A stretch of 64,000 bases of DNA from Candidatus Doudnabacteria bacterium (GTDB lineage: Bacteria; Patescibacteriota; Doudnabacteria; UBA920). Position numbers and translations under genes: made by a program. Shown in pieces: positions 40,601 to 50,527 of this stretch; position 1 is the stretch's first letter, and each line of letters opens with the position of its first letter. The notes below the pieces were generated by a model. That model was not told the origin of the DNA, did not search any database, and worked only from the letters and a program-made list of their open reading frames with translations. The stretch is taken from NCBI GenBank assembly GCA_963837465.1, contig CAWINB010000004.1:74853-138852 (forward strand). The letters run 5' to 3'.

Positions 40601-40876
40601 GGCGGTTTTGGGTTAAATCTGACGGCGGCCGATTACTGCATTATGCTTGACCCATGGTGGAACCCGGCGGCCGAAGCCCAGGCCATAGACCGCGCCCACC
40701 GCATTGGCCAGACCAAACAGGTTATGGTCTACCGCTTCATCGCTAAAAATACCATAGAGGAAAAAGTTTTAAAACTTCAGGAAAAAAAGCGCTCCCTGTT
40801 TAAAAATGTCCTGGACGAAGGCGAATTCTTCTCGCAAATGATTACCGAGGATGACATAAAATCCATTTTGGAATAA
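37604..40876 (+). CDS. SNF2-family helicase with N-terminal SWIM Zn finger
   Basis: CSCP...CKHC SWIM; LADDMGLGKT, LDEAQ, SGTPMEN, SLKAGGFGLNLT, QAIDRAHRIGQ. Confidence 0.93.
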   Translation: MKNSWINNYFDGFTIEKGRDYFNQNRVKSIKFEDDELTAKVWGTGANPYDTKIHLEKSGICHTECSCPIGDGCKHCSALALAYLSEQNNLALPTINAAAKQVVSGPPVKIGAWQKFLEPIIGGKQETNSDAATPWRLQIILRTNEPDYYQEGVAEGAELLVELRPQKVHNQTGKTIFSGVEWNSLENLKTRDYQYYVHEPDKQPPRSQIIWLCNLHDALNPDTGYYFSSKDWLPVPARKAADVFRLLLTAEEFGIDIKDLAGIKVNISNKPVKNSLVITEAGNNVTISPELTQDGKVIDMESLETGRPPVFVLLTGKQPNSKQPLELRPVIQAGAGVKKFERPLAIPQNELDQFVKEYLPLLARDFYIISQTEKIKPPILGDPVLNISVNKISPQSIGIENYLAYNNRRLDLAKNDIYLDNGNEAPIARNLRLENRLSRVVTEKIIAAGIKTAAREQFTLAGAEAKSFLEKVLPSLREHQNIILESAADLPRFEEVLGAPKIEIEMEQGQSQDWFDLQLKIFVDGASIPVAEILNALAQNSTLLFLADGRYIDLSKSPEIQKLQALLKRANKLKDVAGGKLSISKFEAGWFEQLKELGIVAKQSKLWEDSVGKLKNSSAPELLPHPKNWQHKLRDYQLEGFSWLNFLAENNLGGILADDMGLGKTAQSIALICKVAETTKLPTLIVAPTSVVESWDMELKKFAPELKTAILRSGDRKAALKTLGKNQVVITSYALVRRDFEILKKQVWKMLVLDEAQMLKNYQSQSYGLIRQLNAGVKIGLSGTPMENNLSELWSVFSIVCPGLFSDIEHFKEFFQKPIERFSNKEALDSLRKQIRPFIMRRKKELLGKELPAKIEQISLMDLQGRHRKIYDLWLAKQRQLVLGLIEQGGMKANRFAILTALTRLRQLCLHPALVDKKHLSVEAVKVEGLIGQIEAIVDGGHQVLVFSQFTGFLEIIRSRLSAEGYFYSYIDGSVKKRREEIDKFQSGKTKIFLISLKAGGFGLNLTAADYCIMLDPWWNPAAEAQAIDRAHRIGQTKQVMVYRFIAKNTIEEKVLKLQEKKRSLFKNVLDEGEFFSQMITEDDIKSILE

Positions 40877-40906
40877 AATACCGGCTTAGGCTTTAGCGCC
40901 GGTTTT

Positions 40907-41659
40907 TTAATTTACCACTTTCTCATAAGGCTCGCTTGCCAGCCAGGATGTGATAAACAGCGCTTCCAGGGATTCATAAATTCCCCTGCTGGAGATTTGC
41001 ACGGCAAAAATATAGGGTTGGTAGGAAAAAAATGCCGCGGTGCCATCAAACAGAGCGTTATCTGTCATTAAATTCATACCGGCGGGCAAAAACCTATGCT
41101 GGTAGTTCTCGCTGTGCTGCATTTTTTTTGCGTAATTAATGTCTCCCTCGTTACGGCTTAAAAGTTCCCGAAATTTCATTTTGCCCTCCAGGGCTGTTTT
41201 CATTATTCGATTGGGATAATCCGGAAACACACTTTCAATATCGCGGATTGTACAGAAAAAATCCACTTTTTTTGCCTGTAAAATTCTTTCGTAAACTTCA
41301 GCCACAGCCTCTTTTCCCTCAAAAAACTGAACTTGGGGTTTTTCTTTGCGTTCAGATTCATTATAAAGAGCCTCAAGGTTGGGTAAAAATCTTTTATAAA
41401 GCTCCTTGGTTTTTTCCAGCTCTCCTAAAATTTTCCCCGGGCCGACGGCAACATACAATTTTCTACCCCCTTGCGGCACCGAAGAAACCAGGCCTTTATG
41501 CTGAAGGCTTTCCAAAACAACATAGGTAATAGGCCTTTTAAGCGCGGCCTTTGGTCCTATTTTGTAGGCAGAAGACGGTCCCAGCTCAAGCAAAGCCAAA
41601 TAAACCCTGGCTTCTTTATCACTTAACCCTGCCTTGTTTAACACTTCTGCTAATTCCAT
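40907..41659 (-). CDS. TrmB-family transcriptional regulator, paralog 2 (ATG 41659)
   Basis: GLSDKEARVYLALLELG, VQFFEGKEAV; ends SEPYEKV like paralog 1 (AEPYEKV). Confidence 0.88.
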   Translation of the reverse strand: MELAEVLNKAGLSDKEARVYLALLELGPSSAYKIGPKAALKRPITYVVLESLQHKGLVSSVPQGGRKLYVAVGPGKILGELEKTKELYKRFLPNLEALYNESERKEKPQVQFFEGKEAVAEVYERILQAKKVDFFCTIRDIESVFPDYPNRIMKTALEGKMKFRELLSRNEGDINYAKKMQHSENYQHRFLPAGMNLMTDNALFDGTAAFFSYQPYIFAVQISSRGIYESLEALFITSWLASEPYEKVVN

Positions 41660-41773
41660 ATATACAGTATATATCAAATCTTAAATTTAGTCAATATTTT
41701 TGATTATTATATTATATATCATAAAAAAGCTTATAAATAAAGCATAATATAACATTTAGTCTATTCTATGTTA

Positions 41774-41802
41774 TTGACTATATGTCATATTTATGACATA
41801 AT
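41774..41802 (+). promoter_or_regulatory. Promoter divergent from TrmB paralog 2 with palindromic operator
   Basis: TTGACT-17-CATAAT overlapped by TATGTCATA-tt-TATGACATA (41781-41800). Confidence 0.72.
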
Positions 41803-41923
41803 ACATTGTCAGGATAATTAAACGAAAGGATTTCATATGCATAATGAAAAAAGTTATAATTCTGATTTTTTATTGTTTCAACCGATTTTTAAAAAAGAAA
41901 GCCAGCTAGAAGGAGGTGTTAAT

Positions 41924-42265
41924 ATGGACGAAACTTTAGGGAAAATAGCCGTTGAAATGGACAGGCTCGCAGAAAAACAGGCCAATAAAATTGGCTGGAA
42001 CAGAGACATGAGGCGCTTCACTGAAGGATGCCTATATTGCACAGCAAGGTGCCATTTACGCGGCCAGCCCGATGTGCGGCATGATTTTTTAGAAGACCTT
42101 TGGCAGATTCTCCCGGCTTACGGAATAAACCCCCTGCCAATCCAGGAAGCCTTTAAACAAAAGTTGTTGGAAAAACCATGGACTACAACGGTTGCATATC
42201 GTCGAGAGGATATCTTAAAGTTGGTTGCCGATCAGCTTATCAATCGGGCAGCTAAGTCTAAATAA
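41924..42265 (+). CDS. Hypothetical protein (start reassigned to ATG 41924)
   Basis: AGGAGGT SD before MDETLGK; followed by a GC hairpin and a long palindrome. Confidence 0.65.
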   Translation: MDETLGKIAVEMDRLAEKQANKIGWNRDMRRFTEGCLYCTARCHLRGQPDVRHDFLEDLWQILPAYGINPLPIQEAFKQKLLEKPWTTTVAYRREDILKLVADQLINRAAKSK

Positions 42266-42487
42266 AAAATAAAACTATCAATTATGGGGAACATTGCGAC
42301 ATGCTCCCCTCCGTTTTTGAGAACTTGATAGCAATTCAAGCTTTCAAAAATGGAAAATATCACTATTGCCCTAAAATATGTTTTCTGCTAAACTATTTCC
42401 ATCCCGGTAAAAAGTTGCTGCTATTTACCTGGGTCCGTGTCCTATTTTATGCTATTCCCTAATCACTAATCCCTATTCCCTAAATTT

Positions 42488-42751
42488 ATGCCCAACACCA
42501 AATCGGCCGCCAAGGCCATGAGACAGTCTGTTCGCCGCAGAGAAAAAAACTTGGCCAGCAAAGATAAGTTCAAGGACGCGGTTAAGGAAGTAAAAAAACT
42601 TATTGCCGCCGGCAAAAAAAGCGACGCCATGGAAGCCATGAAAGCCGCCATGTCCTCACTGGACAAAGCCGTTAAGAAAAATGTTATCAAAAAAGGCAAA
42701 TCATCGCGTCTGAAATCCAGAATCGCGAAAGCAATCGCGAAAATCAAATAA
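42488..42751 (+). CDS. rpsT: 30S ribosomal protein S20
   Basis: MPNTKSAAKAMRQS...LDKAVKKNVIKKGKSSRLKSR; terminator 42756-42782. Confidence 0.95.
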   Translation: MPNTKSAAKAMRQSVRRREKNLASKDKFKDAVKEVKKLIAAGKKSDAMEAMKAAMSSLDKAVKKNVIKKGKSSRLKSRIAKAIAKIK

Positions 42752-42795
42752 CATTAAAAATCCTCCGCATGGAGGATTTTTTAGCAAAGACTTCG

Positions 42796-42865
42796 CTGGA
42801 ACCCAATTTTAAAAATCCTTTATGGCTAAAGTAGCGGCAATTTCGCCTGAAAATTATTTTTAAAA
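42796..42865. repeat. ~70-bp palindromic repeat, copy 1 (copy 2 at 46412-46479)
   Basis: ctggaa..attttaaaaatccttta(t/c)ggct(a/g)aagtagcgg...tcgc...aaaattatttttaaaa. Confidence 0.75.
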
Positions 42866-42871
42866 CAGGCT

Positions 42872-45733
42872 CTAATAGCTCCAATTTAAGTCCCCCTGAT
42901 TAGTTGTTATTTTAATCAACGCTAACCCATTTAAAGTTTTATTAATTTTTCCAGTTTGGTCTTTACCTATTAACAGGGTTTTATTCAGCATGTAAATGGC
43001 TAAAATATTATAGTCTTTTTTGGATTGTACCTGCTGGGTCAGGACTTGCGGGACGCCTTTTCTGTCAAATGACCAATCAAAGTGTAAAAGGTTGGCGCTT
43101 AAGTCCGCGGCTTTGCCATTATAGGTCAAGGATTTAATGTCGGCCTTAAGCGTATTCTTCCTGCCTTTGCCCTGCAAGGTCATTATGGTTCGGTTGCCCG
43201 CGGCATCGGTAGCTGTAATAACATCGTCCTGGTCTAAAACCTTAAGGCTTGGACGGCTGATTAAGCTTGACGTGGAAGACAATAAAGCAGGAAGAGTATC
43301 TGTCGCGGTAAATTGCAGGTCCTCCAGGTCGGGATTAAACCGCACAACCAACTCCGGCGCGGTTTTATCTATTGTAAAGACAATGGTTTGGTGCTGTTCG
43401 TTGTTGCCGGCTTTATCCGTGGAGAAAAAACTTACGGTATGGATGCCTTCTGAACTTACCACAACCGGCTGGTCATAAGCTTGGTAACCGCTGCCATCCA
43501 AACTATATCGCGTATTTAAAACTCCGGATGTTTGGCTTGAGTTATTGCCCGCCACAGGATCGATGGCGGACAAACCAACGCTGACATTGCTGCTGTAATA
43601 TCCGATCTGTCCCATAGTGCCTGTAATGGTGGAAGTGGAAACGGGAGCCGTAATATCAGCGGACTGATTCGCGTTAATAACCGAAGAAGGCATAACCGTA
43701 ACCGGAACGCTGGTGGCCGTAGCCCGTAAACTTAAAGTTGTCGGTCCCCCGCTGCCAAGATTAACAGATCCGGTCAATGACGGGGTTACGGGAAGATTGC
43801 TAAAGACCTGGGTTTGGGTTACATTGTTGCCGTCTATACTTTGGTCATCCAGGGTAAAGGTACCGGAGCCTACGCCAGTTAAGTTGATATTATAAGTTTG
43901 CCCGTCATCGTCAGGTAAAAATACGTACTTATGATCGCCCCATACTTCGTAATCGGCTCCCGGAATATCGTTTTGCATGGAGCCGTTGGAAGCGACTTGG
44001 GAAATATTACCTGACTGGTCGGTAACGGATATCGCCACAGGGCTTTTAATCTTAATCTGCTCACCTTTAATTTCACAAAGCTTGGGGTTGGCCTGGACCG
44101 CGTCGTGGGTTAAAATTTTTCCATCCGTATCAAGCCGACTGCCAGTTAAAATATTAACTATTTGCTGTCTAATGCCGTCTGCCGATGGCATTTTTCCATG
44201 TTCCGCTTTCGGCGCGAAAAATACGTGATCGGGATCAGCAGGAATGGTTTGCGCGCTCAGCAGCGGCACAGTACCGTCGCCGCTGGCATCAACCGGAAAA
44301 TCATAAACAGAAGAGCCGTCCTCCTGGACACTTTCCGTAAACTTGCCGAAGGTCGCGGTTTTACAACCAATAATATTATACACATCAACGCCATTGTTGC
44401 GGATATCATAGTTATCAAAATCGGCGGTACGCAAAGCATGGCTGTTGGCAAGAGCCGCGCTGTTTACCAAATGCTGATTTTCAAACTCCGCGACCGTGCT
44501 ATTGTAATCCAGGTCTTTGCCCTCATCTATGAGCGAAACAAAAGGATCGGACTTATTTAAAAAACTGCCTACCTGCCGGCCATACTGCGCGTCCGGAGCC
44601 AAGTCATAAGCGATGGGCAGGTTTTGGGAGATTTGCTTCATCTCCTGATCATTCAGGTCCGGTACGCTAAAACCATCGCCATTTATTAAAGCCTTAAAGG
44701 CTTTTGGGGCTCCCAGGTTTGGGACGCCTACAAACACAACCTTGTTTAAAAAGCTTGGCTCATTATTGTTGGCACTATCCATTACATATTTTTTTACAAT
44801 TAAGCCCCCGGTACTATGCGCCACAAGATTAACCTAACCTATGCCGGTCTGTAAAATTATGGAATCAATTTTATTTTTTAATTGCCTTACAACATCATCG
44901 CTCACCCCATAACGCCAATCATAAGGAAAAACAAATAAATTTTGATTTTCAGTATATCCTTGACTGGTAAGCTGGCTTATCAGACCCGCGGAATAATTAT
45001 ATAACTGAAAGGGGTTTCTTATTATATCCCCTGTTTCTACATCAGCATTGGACGGAACTAAGTCCGGGCTAAAACCCAAAGGGTTCATGAAAGAATCGCT
45101 GTCAAATGGATTTTTAGCCATTCTTGGGATGTCGGCCCACAGTAAAGTATTGTTTTGGAATATTTCCGTACCCAACAAGCCAGGGACAATCAGCACAGGC
45201 CGCGGAGCGCCTGGGTCGGCAATAGAAAAAGAAGCGGAAACAACCTCGGAACTTCCGTAATAATCATTGGCGCTAAAAGAGGCTTTAAATCCGCTTTGAA
45301 AATTTGGGTTTGTAAAAACATTGTCACAAAGAGGGCAGTTTAAAAGCGTATTATGATCGTCATCCCAAATCTGGAAGCGCGCCCCGCTAATAAAACGCAG
45401 GCTAAAATTAATGGTGCCCGCGGGCAGGATAAACGTACTGGTTTGTAAATTTGAAAAATTATCGACCAAATTGCAGTTGCTGTCAAAAATATCCAAGCCC
45501 GGCACAATAATATTTTGTCCATTGTTATTTTCATTATCCAAAAGCCGCAAATGAATTCTTAAAAGCCCATTCGCATAGTCGGCGGACGTAAAACTATCCA
45601 AAAAATGATTATCATCGCGGTAGCTAACACCTCTGCAAACCGCGCCGCCGCCAATAGGAATAGTAACAGCCGCAAAAGCATAATAAGGCAAAATAAATAA
45701 CCCCGGAACCAAAACCAAAAAAATTTTTCTCAT
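42872..45733 (-). pseudogene. Secreted alpha/beta-hydrolase (lipase/LCAT-like) with C-terminal beta-sandwich domains; in-frame TAG at 44834-44836
   Basis: Signal peptide, LIVPGLLGT, FPYDWR, then stop, then VNLVAHSTGGL, GVPNLGAP, GDGTVP; both ORFs are in one frame. Confidence 0.8.
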
Positions 45734-46139
45734 AATACTTTCACTTTAATTTTTAATACCGAAAATTTATTGTGGCCGATAATAAATAAAGGTTCCCCGC
45801 CGCAAACAGCGGGGTATTACCGCAACTACGCTTCGCGGCAAGCCCGCGGGGCGGGGCATTGAACCTGTATTAACCCCTCTCGGCTCTCAAAGTAAATAGC
45901 AAGCTATTTACTTTGACTCGCTCTACGTCGCGAATAAAAATATTGCTGAAAATGTGCTTATGAGATTTATCATTTTTTATTATAAACTTATCCCTTTTAT
46001 AAATTTATGCTTTATTTAAGCATAACAGTTATAAATCTGTTGTCAAATAAGGTTATTTTAATTAAAAAGGCTTAATTATAATAAGTTATCCACATAAAAA
46101 TCACCCTTTGGCTAAGCAAAGGGTGATTTTTACCAAAAG

Positions 46140-46370
46140 TTATTTAACTTTTTCCGCCATCTCCTGGATTGCCTGGTTAAAATTTGTGAGATGATCCTGA
46201 AAAACAGTAAGCGAGCTTCTAAATTTCCTGCCGTCTTTGTTAATACTGCTTTCGGTAATAGTAAGGTACTTATTACCGTTCTTGGCCGCTTTGACGTCAA
46301 AAAAGTAAGTCTTGTTGCCTGCCTTTAAGTTGGCGGAGTGGAGCGCCGGCGCGTGTAATTGTTCGGGCAT
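46140..46370 (-). CDS. PUR-like nucleic-acid-binding protein (DUF3276-like)
   Basis: KAGNKTYFFDVKAAKNGNKYLTITES. Confidence 0.8.
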   Translation of the reverse strand: MPEQLHAPALHSANLKAGNKTYFFDVKAAKNGNKYLTITESSINKDGRKFRSSLTVFQDHLTNFNQAIQEMAEKVK

Positions 46371-46531
46371 ATATTTTGTGTTGGTTTATAATGCGACCTT
46401 TCATCCGGAAACTGGAATCTATTTTAAAAATCCTTTACGGCTGAAGTAGCGGGATCTCGCATAAAAATTATTTTTAAAATGGGTTCCGATTCTGCTGGCG
46501 AATTAGTCTTGGATTTTAATTTAAGATGGTG

Positions 46532-47527
46532 TTATTTCTTATTGATTAAATTTACCACCAGTTTAACCATAATGTCTTTATCCTGGGGTTTACTTTCGGC
46601 AATCAGCAGAGCCAGAGCGGCCAGGGCGCTGTCGTTGATTTTTCGTTCGCCGGTTTTGTTGCTGTAGAGCGCGTGGTTCTGGACCAGATAAAGCATAAAT
46701 ATCAACGAACCGATTCTTTTGTTGCCATCGGCAAAAGGATGGTCTTTAACCAAAAAGTACAGCAAATGCGCGGCTTTTTCCTCCAAACTGGGATAAAGCT
46801 GTTTGCCGTTATAAGTCTGTCCAATGTTGCCCAGAATGGCTTTAAATTTTTCTCCCACTTCCTGGCCGAACAAATCTCCGGCTTCTTTTTTTGCCCCAAG
46901 CCGGGTCTTAAACACAACAATACTTTTTTGCAAGTCTGCATAATCCAAAACCGCGGCCGCGCGGCTGCTTACGCCCTCCAGTCCCAGTTCGCCCTTATCG
47001 TATTTATTCAGTAAAGCCCAGGTAGCGGAATAGTCTGTAATAATTTTAAGCAGATCTTTTTCGTAACCTTCGGCGCGGCGGCTTTCCAGCACATTTTGGA
47101 ACAACCTGGCAGTATCCTGCAGCTCTTTCATTTTGAGGTCGTGCTCTTGCATCAAGCGCCGCTCGTTGATTAGGTAACCTTTTAGCAAGTAGTCTTTTAG
47201 TTTTTTTGTAGCCCAAATTCTAAACTGGGTTGCCCGCGAAGAATTAACCCTATAGCCTACGGAAATAATAAAATCCAGATCATAAAATTTAACCGGTTTG
47301 TCTGAATTAGCAATGTGCAAAAATTGCACATTGCTTTTTTCGCTTAATTCAGATGAATTTATTATATTTTTAATATGTTTTCCGACCGACGTACGATCTG
47401 TCTGAAACAATGCCGCTAATTGGGCTTGCGTCACCCATACTGTATCTCCTTCTATGCGTACTTGGAGTTCCGCGCCTGCTTGAGGCTTATAAATAATGAT
47501 TTCGCCTTTGTTTATTTGTTCAGTCAT
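46532..47527 (-). CDS. RhuM-like/Fic-domain protein
   Basis: YDLDFIISVGYRVNSSRATQFRIWA and HPFADGNKRIG Fic motif. Confidence 0.9.
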   Translation of the reverse strand: MTEQINKGEIIIYKPQAGAELQVRIEGDTVWVTQAQLAALFQTDRTSVGKHIKNIINSSELSEKSNVQFLHIANSDKPVKFYDLDFIISVGYRVNSSRATQFRIWATKKLKDYLLKGYLINERRLMQEHDLKMKELQDTARLFQNVLESRRAEGYEKDLLKIITDYSATWALLNKYDKGELGLEGVSSRAAAVLDYADLQKSIVVFKTRLGAKKEAGDLFGQEVGEKFKAILGNIGQTYNGKQLYPSLEEKAAHLLYFLVKDHPFADGNKRIGSLIFMLYLVQNHALYSNKTGERKINDSALAALALLIAESKPQDKDIMVKLVVNLINKK

Positions 47528-47663
47528 AAAAAGTACCTTTATATAAGACAGTTCTTGCTTTTCCAGAATTGCTTTTTGTAAAACCTTTTCATTATCCTAA
47601 ATCTTAAAAAACTTATAGTTCGTTTTTTAACTGTTTCCAATACAGAAACAGTTGATACTTATT

Positions 47664-47692
47664 ATAGTAAACTATCGTTCACCAATTGTAAA
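47664..47692 (-). promoter_or_regulatory. Promoter with embedded operator (box copy 3)
   Basis: Minus strand TTTACA-17-TACTAT; GGTGAAC-GATA-GTTTACT. Confidence 0.7.
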
Positions 47693-47740
47693 GCCCTTAA
47701 TAATAAGGGTTAAATAAACTATCGCTTTAGTTATGCACAG

Positions 47741-48379
47741 TTATATTTCAAAGCTTTCCAATTGTTTTTTAATGCCTGCCACAGACTGCTCTGTAATATC
47801 TTCGGGGTTGATGGAACAACGTTCAAAAATCTGTCGTTCCATTTGCCGCATAGCGTTTTCAAAATTATCCCGCGCTTCTGAACTATCTTTATGATGCTTG
47901 TAACGCGCGCGCAAATCGGCCAACCTTTGCTCCAAACTGACCACGCCATGCGGCCCTACGCGGTCATCGCAATACTCCACAATTTTTTTGCCAAAATCCG
48001 CGCCGGCGGCGTTTGCCGGAGCGCCCAAAAAACTTACAGAGTCTATTAATTCCAAAACCCTGGCGCTTACCCCCAGCTCCCCGGCAATTTGTAAATGCGC
48101 CTGATGTTCGTTATTGCCGTATTTAGCCCGATACTCATCCTGAACTTTTTGCCAATAGCCAATATCAATATTAAAATTCAGCAAATTTTTTGTAACCCCA
48201 AGGTCAAACTTAATAATGTTACCCATATCGTGCAGCAGGCAGGCTTTAATAATATTGCCGTCGTCGACTTGGCCGCTAAAATTTTGGCAGATTATTTTCG
48301 CCACGGCCGCCACCCTAAGCTGATGCTGGGCCAACTGCGGCATAATTTTATATTTTTTATAGATTTCTAAAATATTCAT
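47741..48379 (-). CDS. HD-domain protein
   Basis: HQLRVAAVA...ACLLHDMGN...YCDDRV. Confidence 0.85.
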   Translation of the reverse strand: MNILEIYKKYKIMPQLAQHQLRVAAVAKIICQNFSGQVDDGNIIKACLLHDMGNIIKFDLGVTKNLLNFNIDIGYWQKVQDEYRAKYGNNEHQAHLQIAGELGVSARVLELIDSVSFLGAPANAAGADFGKKIVEYCDDRVGPHGVVSLEQRLADLRARYKHHKDSSEARDNFENAMRQMERQIFERCSINPEDITEQSVAGIKKQLESFEI

Positions 48380-48531
48380 ATTATCACCTATCTTAAAAAT
48401 ACCAGTTTGTTTACACCTGGTCTTGTTACTTAACCCTAACGCAAAATACCATCCGTCAACTCCTCCACCGTTAGAACGATGGCTTTTTTTATATAATTTC
48501 CGCCGATGTAAATTTTGATTTTGTTAATATT

Positions 48532-49071
48532 CTAAAAAAACCCTTCCATAATCTCAATAATTCTTTTTAGCGTGGCGTTTTTGATTCTTGTCGTTTCAAT
48601 AACTGTCTTCGTAAAAAGTTTCTCGCACTTAATTTGGGTTAGCGTCTTGTCTCCATTTAGATAATTTTTTTGAAAACGCTTCTTTAGGGCGGCAGACATA
48701 TCATTGGCGTGATTTGCCGATGGTTCTAAAATTGACAATAGCAAACATTCCAAACAGGGTGTATTTTCCACTACTTCAATATTTCTATTGGAAGCTTCTT
48801 CTCTGGCCACAGCCATTTCTCCTTCGCTTTTATCATTATCCAGGATAACAACTCTCTTATCAAAGGCAGAAAAATCGTTACCCGCATCTACAACAATGTC
48901 TCTGGCGCTGCCGCCTTTACCCCTTCTTACGGTCACGGCAACATTTTTGCCATAGGCAAATAAGCTTTTAAGATGCCTTAAAAAGATTTCTTCATTAAGA
49001 CCTTCCCCATAAACCAAAATTGTCCTGTTTGCCGAGCGCGGTTTTTTCTTATATGGATCCGTTCGTGACAT
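48532..49071 (-). CDS. RloB-like (TOPRIM-type) protein
   Basis: ILVYGEGLNEEIFL, ILDND, NTPCLECLLL; directly downstream of the AAA ATPase. Confidence 0.8.
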   Translation of the reverse strand: MSRTDPYKKKPRSANRTILVYGEGLNEEIFLRHLKSLFAYGKNVAVTVRRGKGGSARDIVVDAGNDFSAFDKRVVILDNDKSEGEMAVAREEASNRNIEVVENTPCLECLLLSILEPSANHANDMSAALKKRFQKNYLNGDKTLTQIKCEKLFTKTVIETTRIKNATLKRIIEIMEGFF

Positions 49072-49089
49072 TTTGTTTTACTGTTACTT

Positions 49090-50304
49090 TTAAAGCTTTG
49101 GAACGGCACCATAGGCTCCGGCCATATATTTAGCGTAGTAGTTATCATCCGCCCGTACGCCACTAACCTCATCCAAACGCCAAGATTCACTTTCATTACT
49201 TTGGTTTTTTTCTACGAATACTAACTGATATTTATCCAATTTACTTAAAATTATATGGCTATGAGTGCTAAATAAAAGCTGGGCATTCTTAGGGTTGGTT
49301 TCCGGCTGGATAAATAGATCAAAAAGCGAAAGTAATATCTCAGGATGCAGACTGGAGTCCATTTCATCAAACACGGCAATTCCTCCTTTATCCAATACTT
49401 GTAAAATACTTTTTAAAAGAACAAATAACTGTTTAGTTCCTGAAGACTCATAAATAATCGGAAGGGCTTGTTCTTGGCCATTGTATGAGTGAATGCCCGT
49501 GATGTTTATTTGAAAACCATTCCCGGATGGCTTTTTGTCTATATTAATACCCGCCAATCCAAGATCAAAACGAGATAAAAGCTTTTCTGCTTTTTCTTTC
49601 AAAGCCTTATTATCGTTATAAAAAACCAAAGCATCAAACCATTGAGGCATTGCGTTATTCAACATTGGATCTCCCATCCAACCAGTCTCACTGGCATTCG
49701 TCTCTAGTCCCTGCCAAAATTCTGCGATCTCCTGGCTTTCCTTATGGTTTAAACGGGCCGCTGCCGAAATAACGCTAGCATTTTTACGCAATAAATTTAA
49801 ATTTTCAAAACCTTTAGGCAAGCCGAAGCCCTCGCCGTCAAAAGTATAAGCTGCTGATTGAGGGTTCCATGTTCGGACAAATAACGTTTTGGTCCCCATT
49901 TTTTCTTTTGCCATACTTGTGAGTTTTAACTCTTCCAAAAAAATCTTGGTTTTGTCTAAAATAAAGCTATACGTATAAATTTTTTTATCAACTTCAAACA
50001 CAACAGAAAGCTCTGTTTGCTGATCTTTCTTCTCTCCAAAAGCAAACGATTGTACTGCAATAGGAAATTCTGGCGGCATTGTAAACGAAGTAACAATAAG
50101 CCATTTAAAAAATGGTAAAACTTTAAGCAAGTTAGTTTTGCCTGAGGCATTAGAACCTATTATCGTTTCTACTTTTGAAAGCCGGGTGCCGGAAGGGGCT
50201 ACAAAATATCCATAATTTTCCGGAGCATTGTCGTTCACGACAAAATCAAGGGTTGTCAAGTCCCCAAAAGAATAAAAATTCTTGCAAGAAAAAGAATGGA
50301 TCAT
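49090..50304 (-). CDS. AAA_21-type ATPase (RloA/AbiLi-like)
   Basis: FSCKNFYSF, GSNASGKTN, ESSGTKQL, FDEMDSSLHP, QLLFSTH, YMAGAYGAVP. Confidence 0.85.
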   Translation of the reverse strand: MIHSFSCKNFYSFGDLTTLDFVVNDNAPENYGYFVAPSGTRLSKVETIIGSNASGKTNLLKVLPFFKWLIVTSFTMPPEFPIAVQSFAFGEKKDQQTELSVVFEVDKKIYTYSFILDKTKIFLEELKLTSMAKEKMGTKTLFVRTWNPQSAAYTFDGEGFGLPKGFENLNLLRKNASVISAAARLNHKESQEIAEFWQGLETNASETGWMGDPMLNNAMPQWFDALVFYNDNKALKEKAEKLLSRFDLGLAGINIDKKPSGNGFQINITGIHSYNGQEQALPIIYESSGTKQLFVLLKSILQVLDKGGIAVFDEMDSSLHPEILLSLFDLFIQPETNPKNAQLLFSTHSHIILSKLDKYQLVFVEKNQSNESESWRLDEVSGVRADDNYYAKYMAGAYGAVPKL

Positions 50305-50527
50305 AATTGTTCTTTCTTAGTTTATTGTTTAATGTAAGACCAGTTTAGCATGTATTAAGTAAATTTGCAAGTATTTATACAAAAATTTGTATAAAATACC
50401 AAAAAATGCCTCTTTTTAGGCATTTTTGACCTTTGTATATCCTATTAACATGACTTTTCCACAACCACCTACTGGGCAAACTTCTTGTACTGTTCAAACA
50501 AGAACTCCAGCCATTCTGCGTTTAGCA

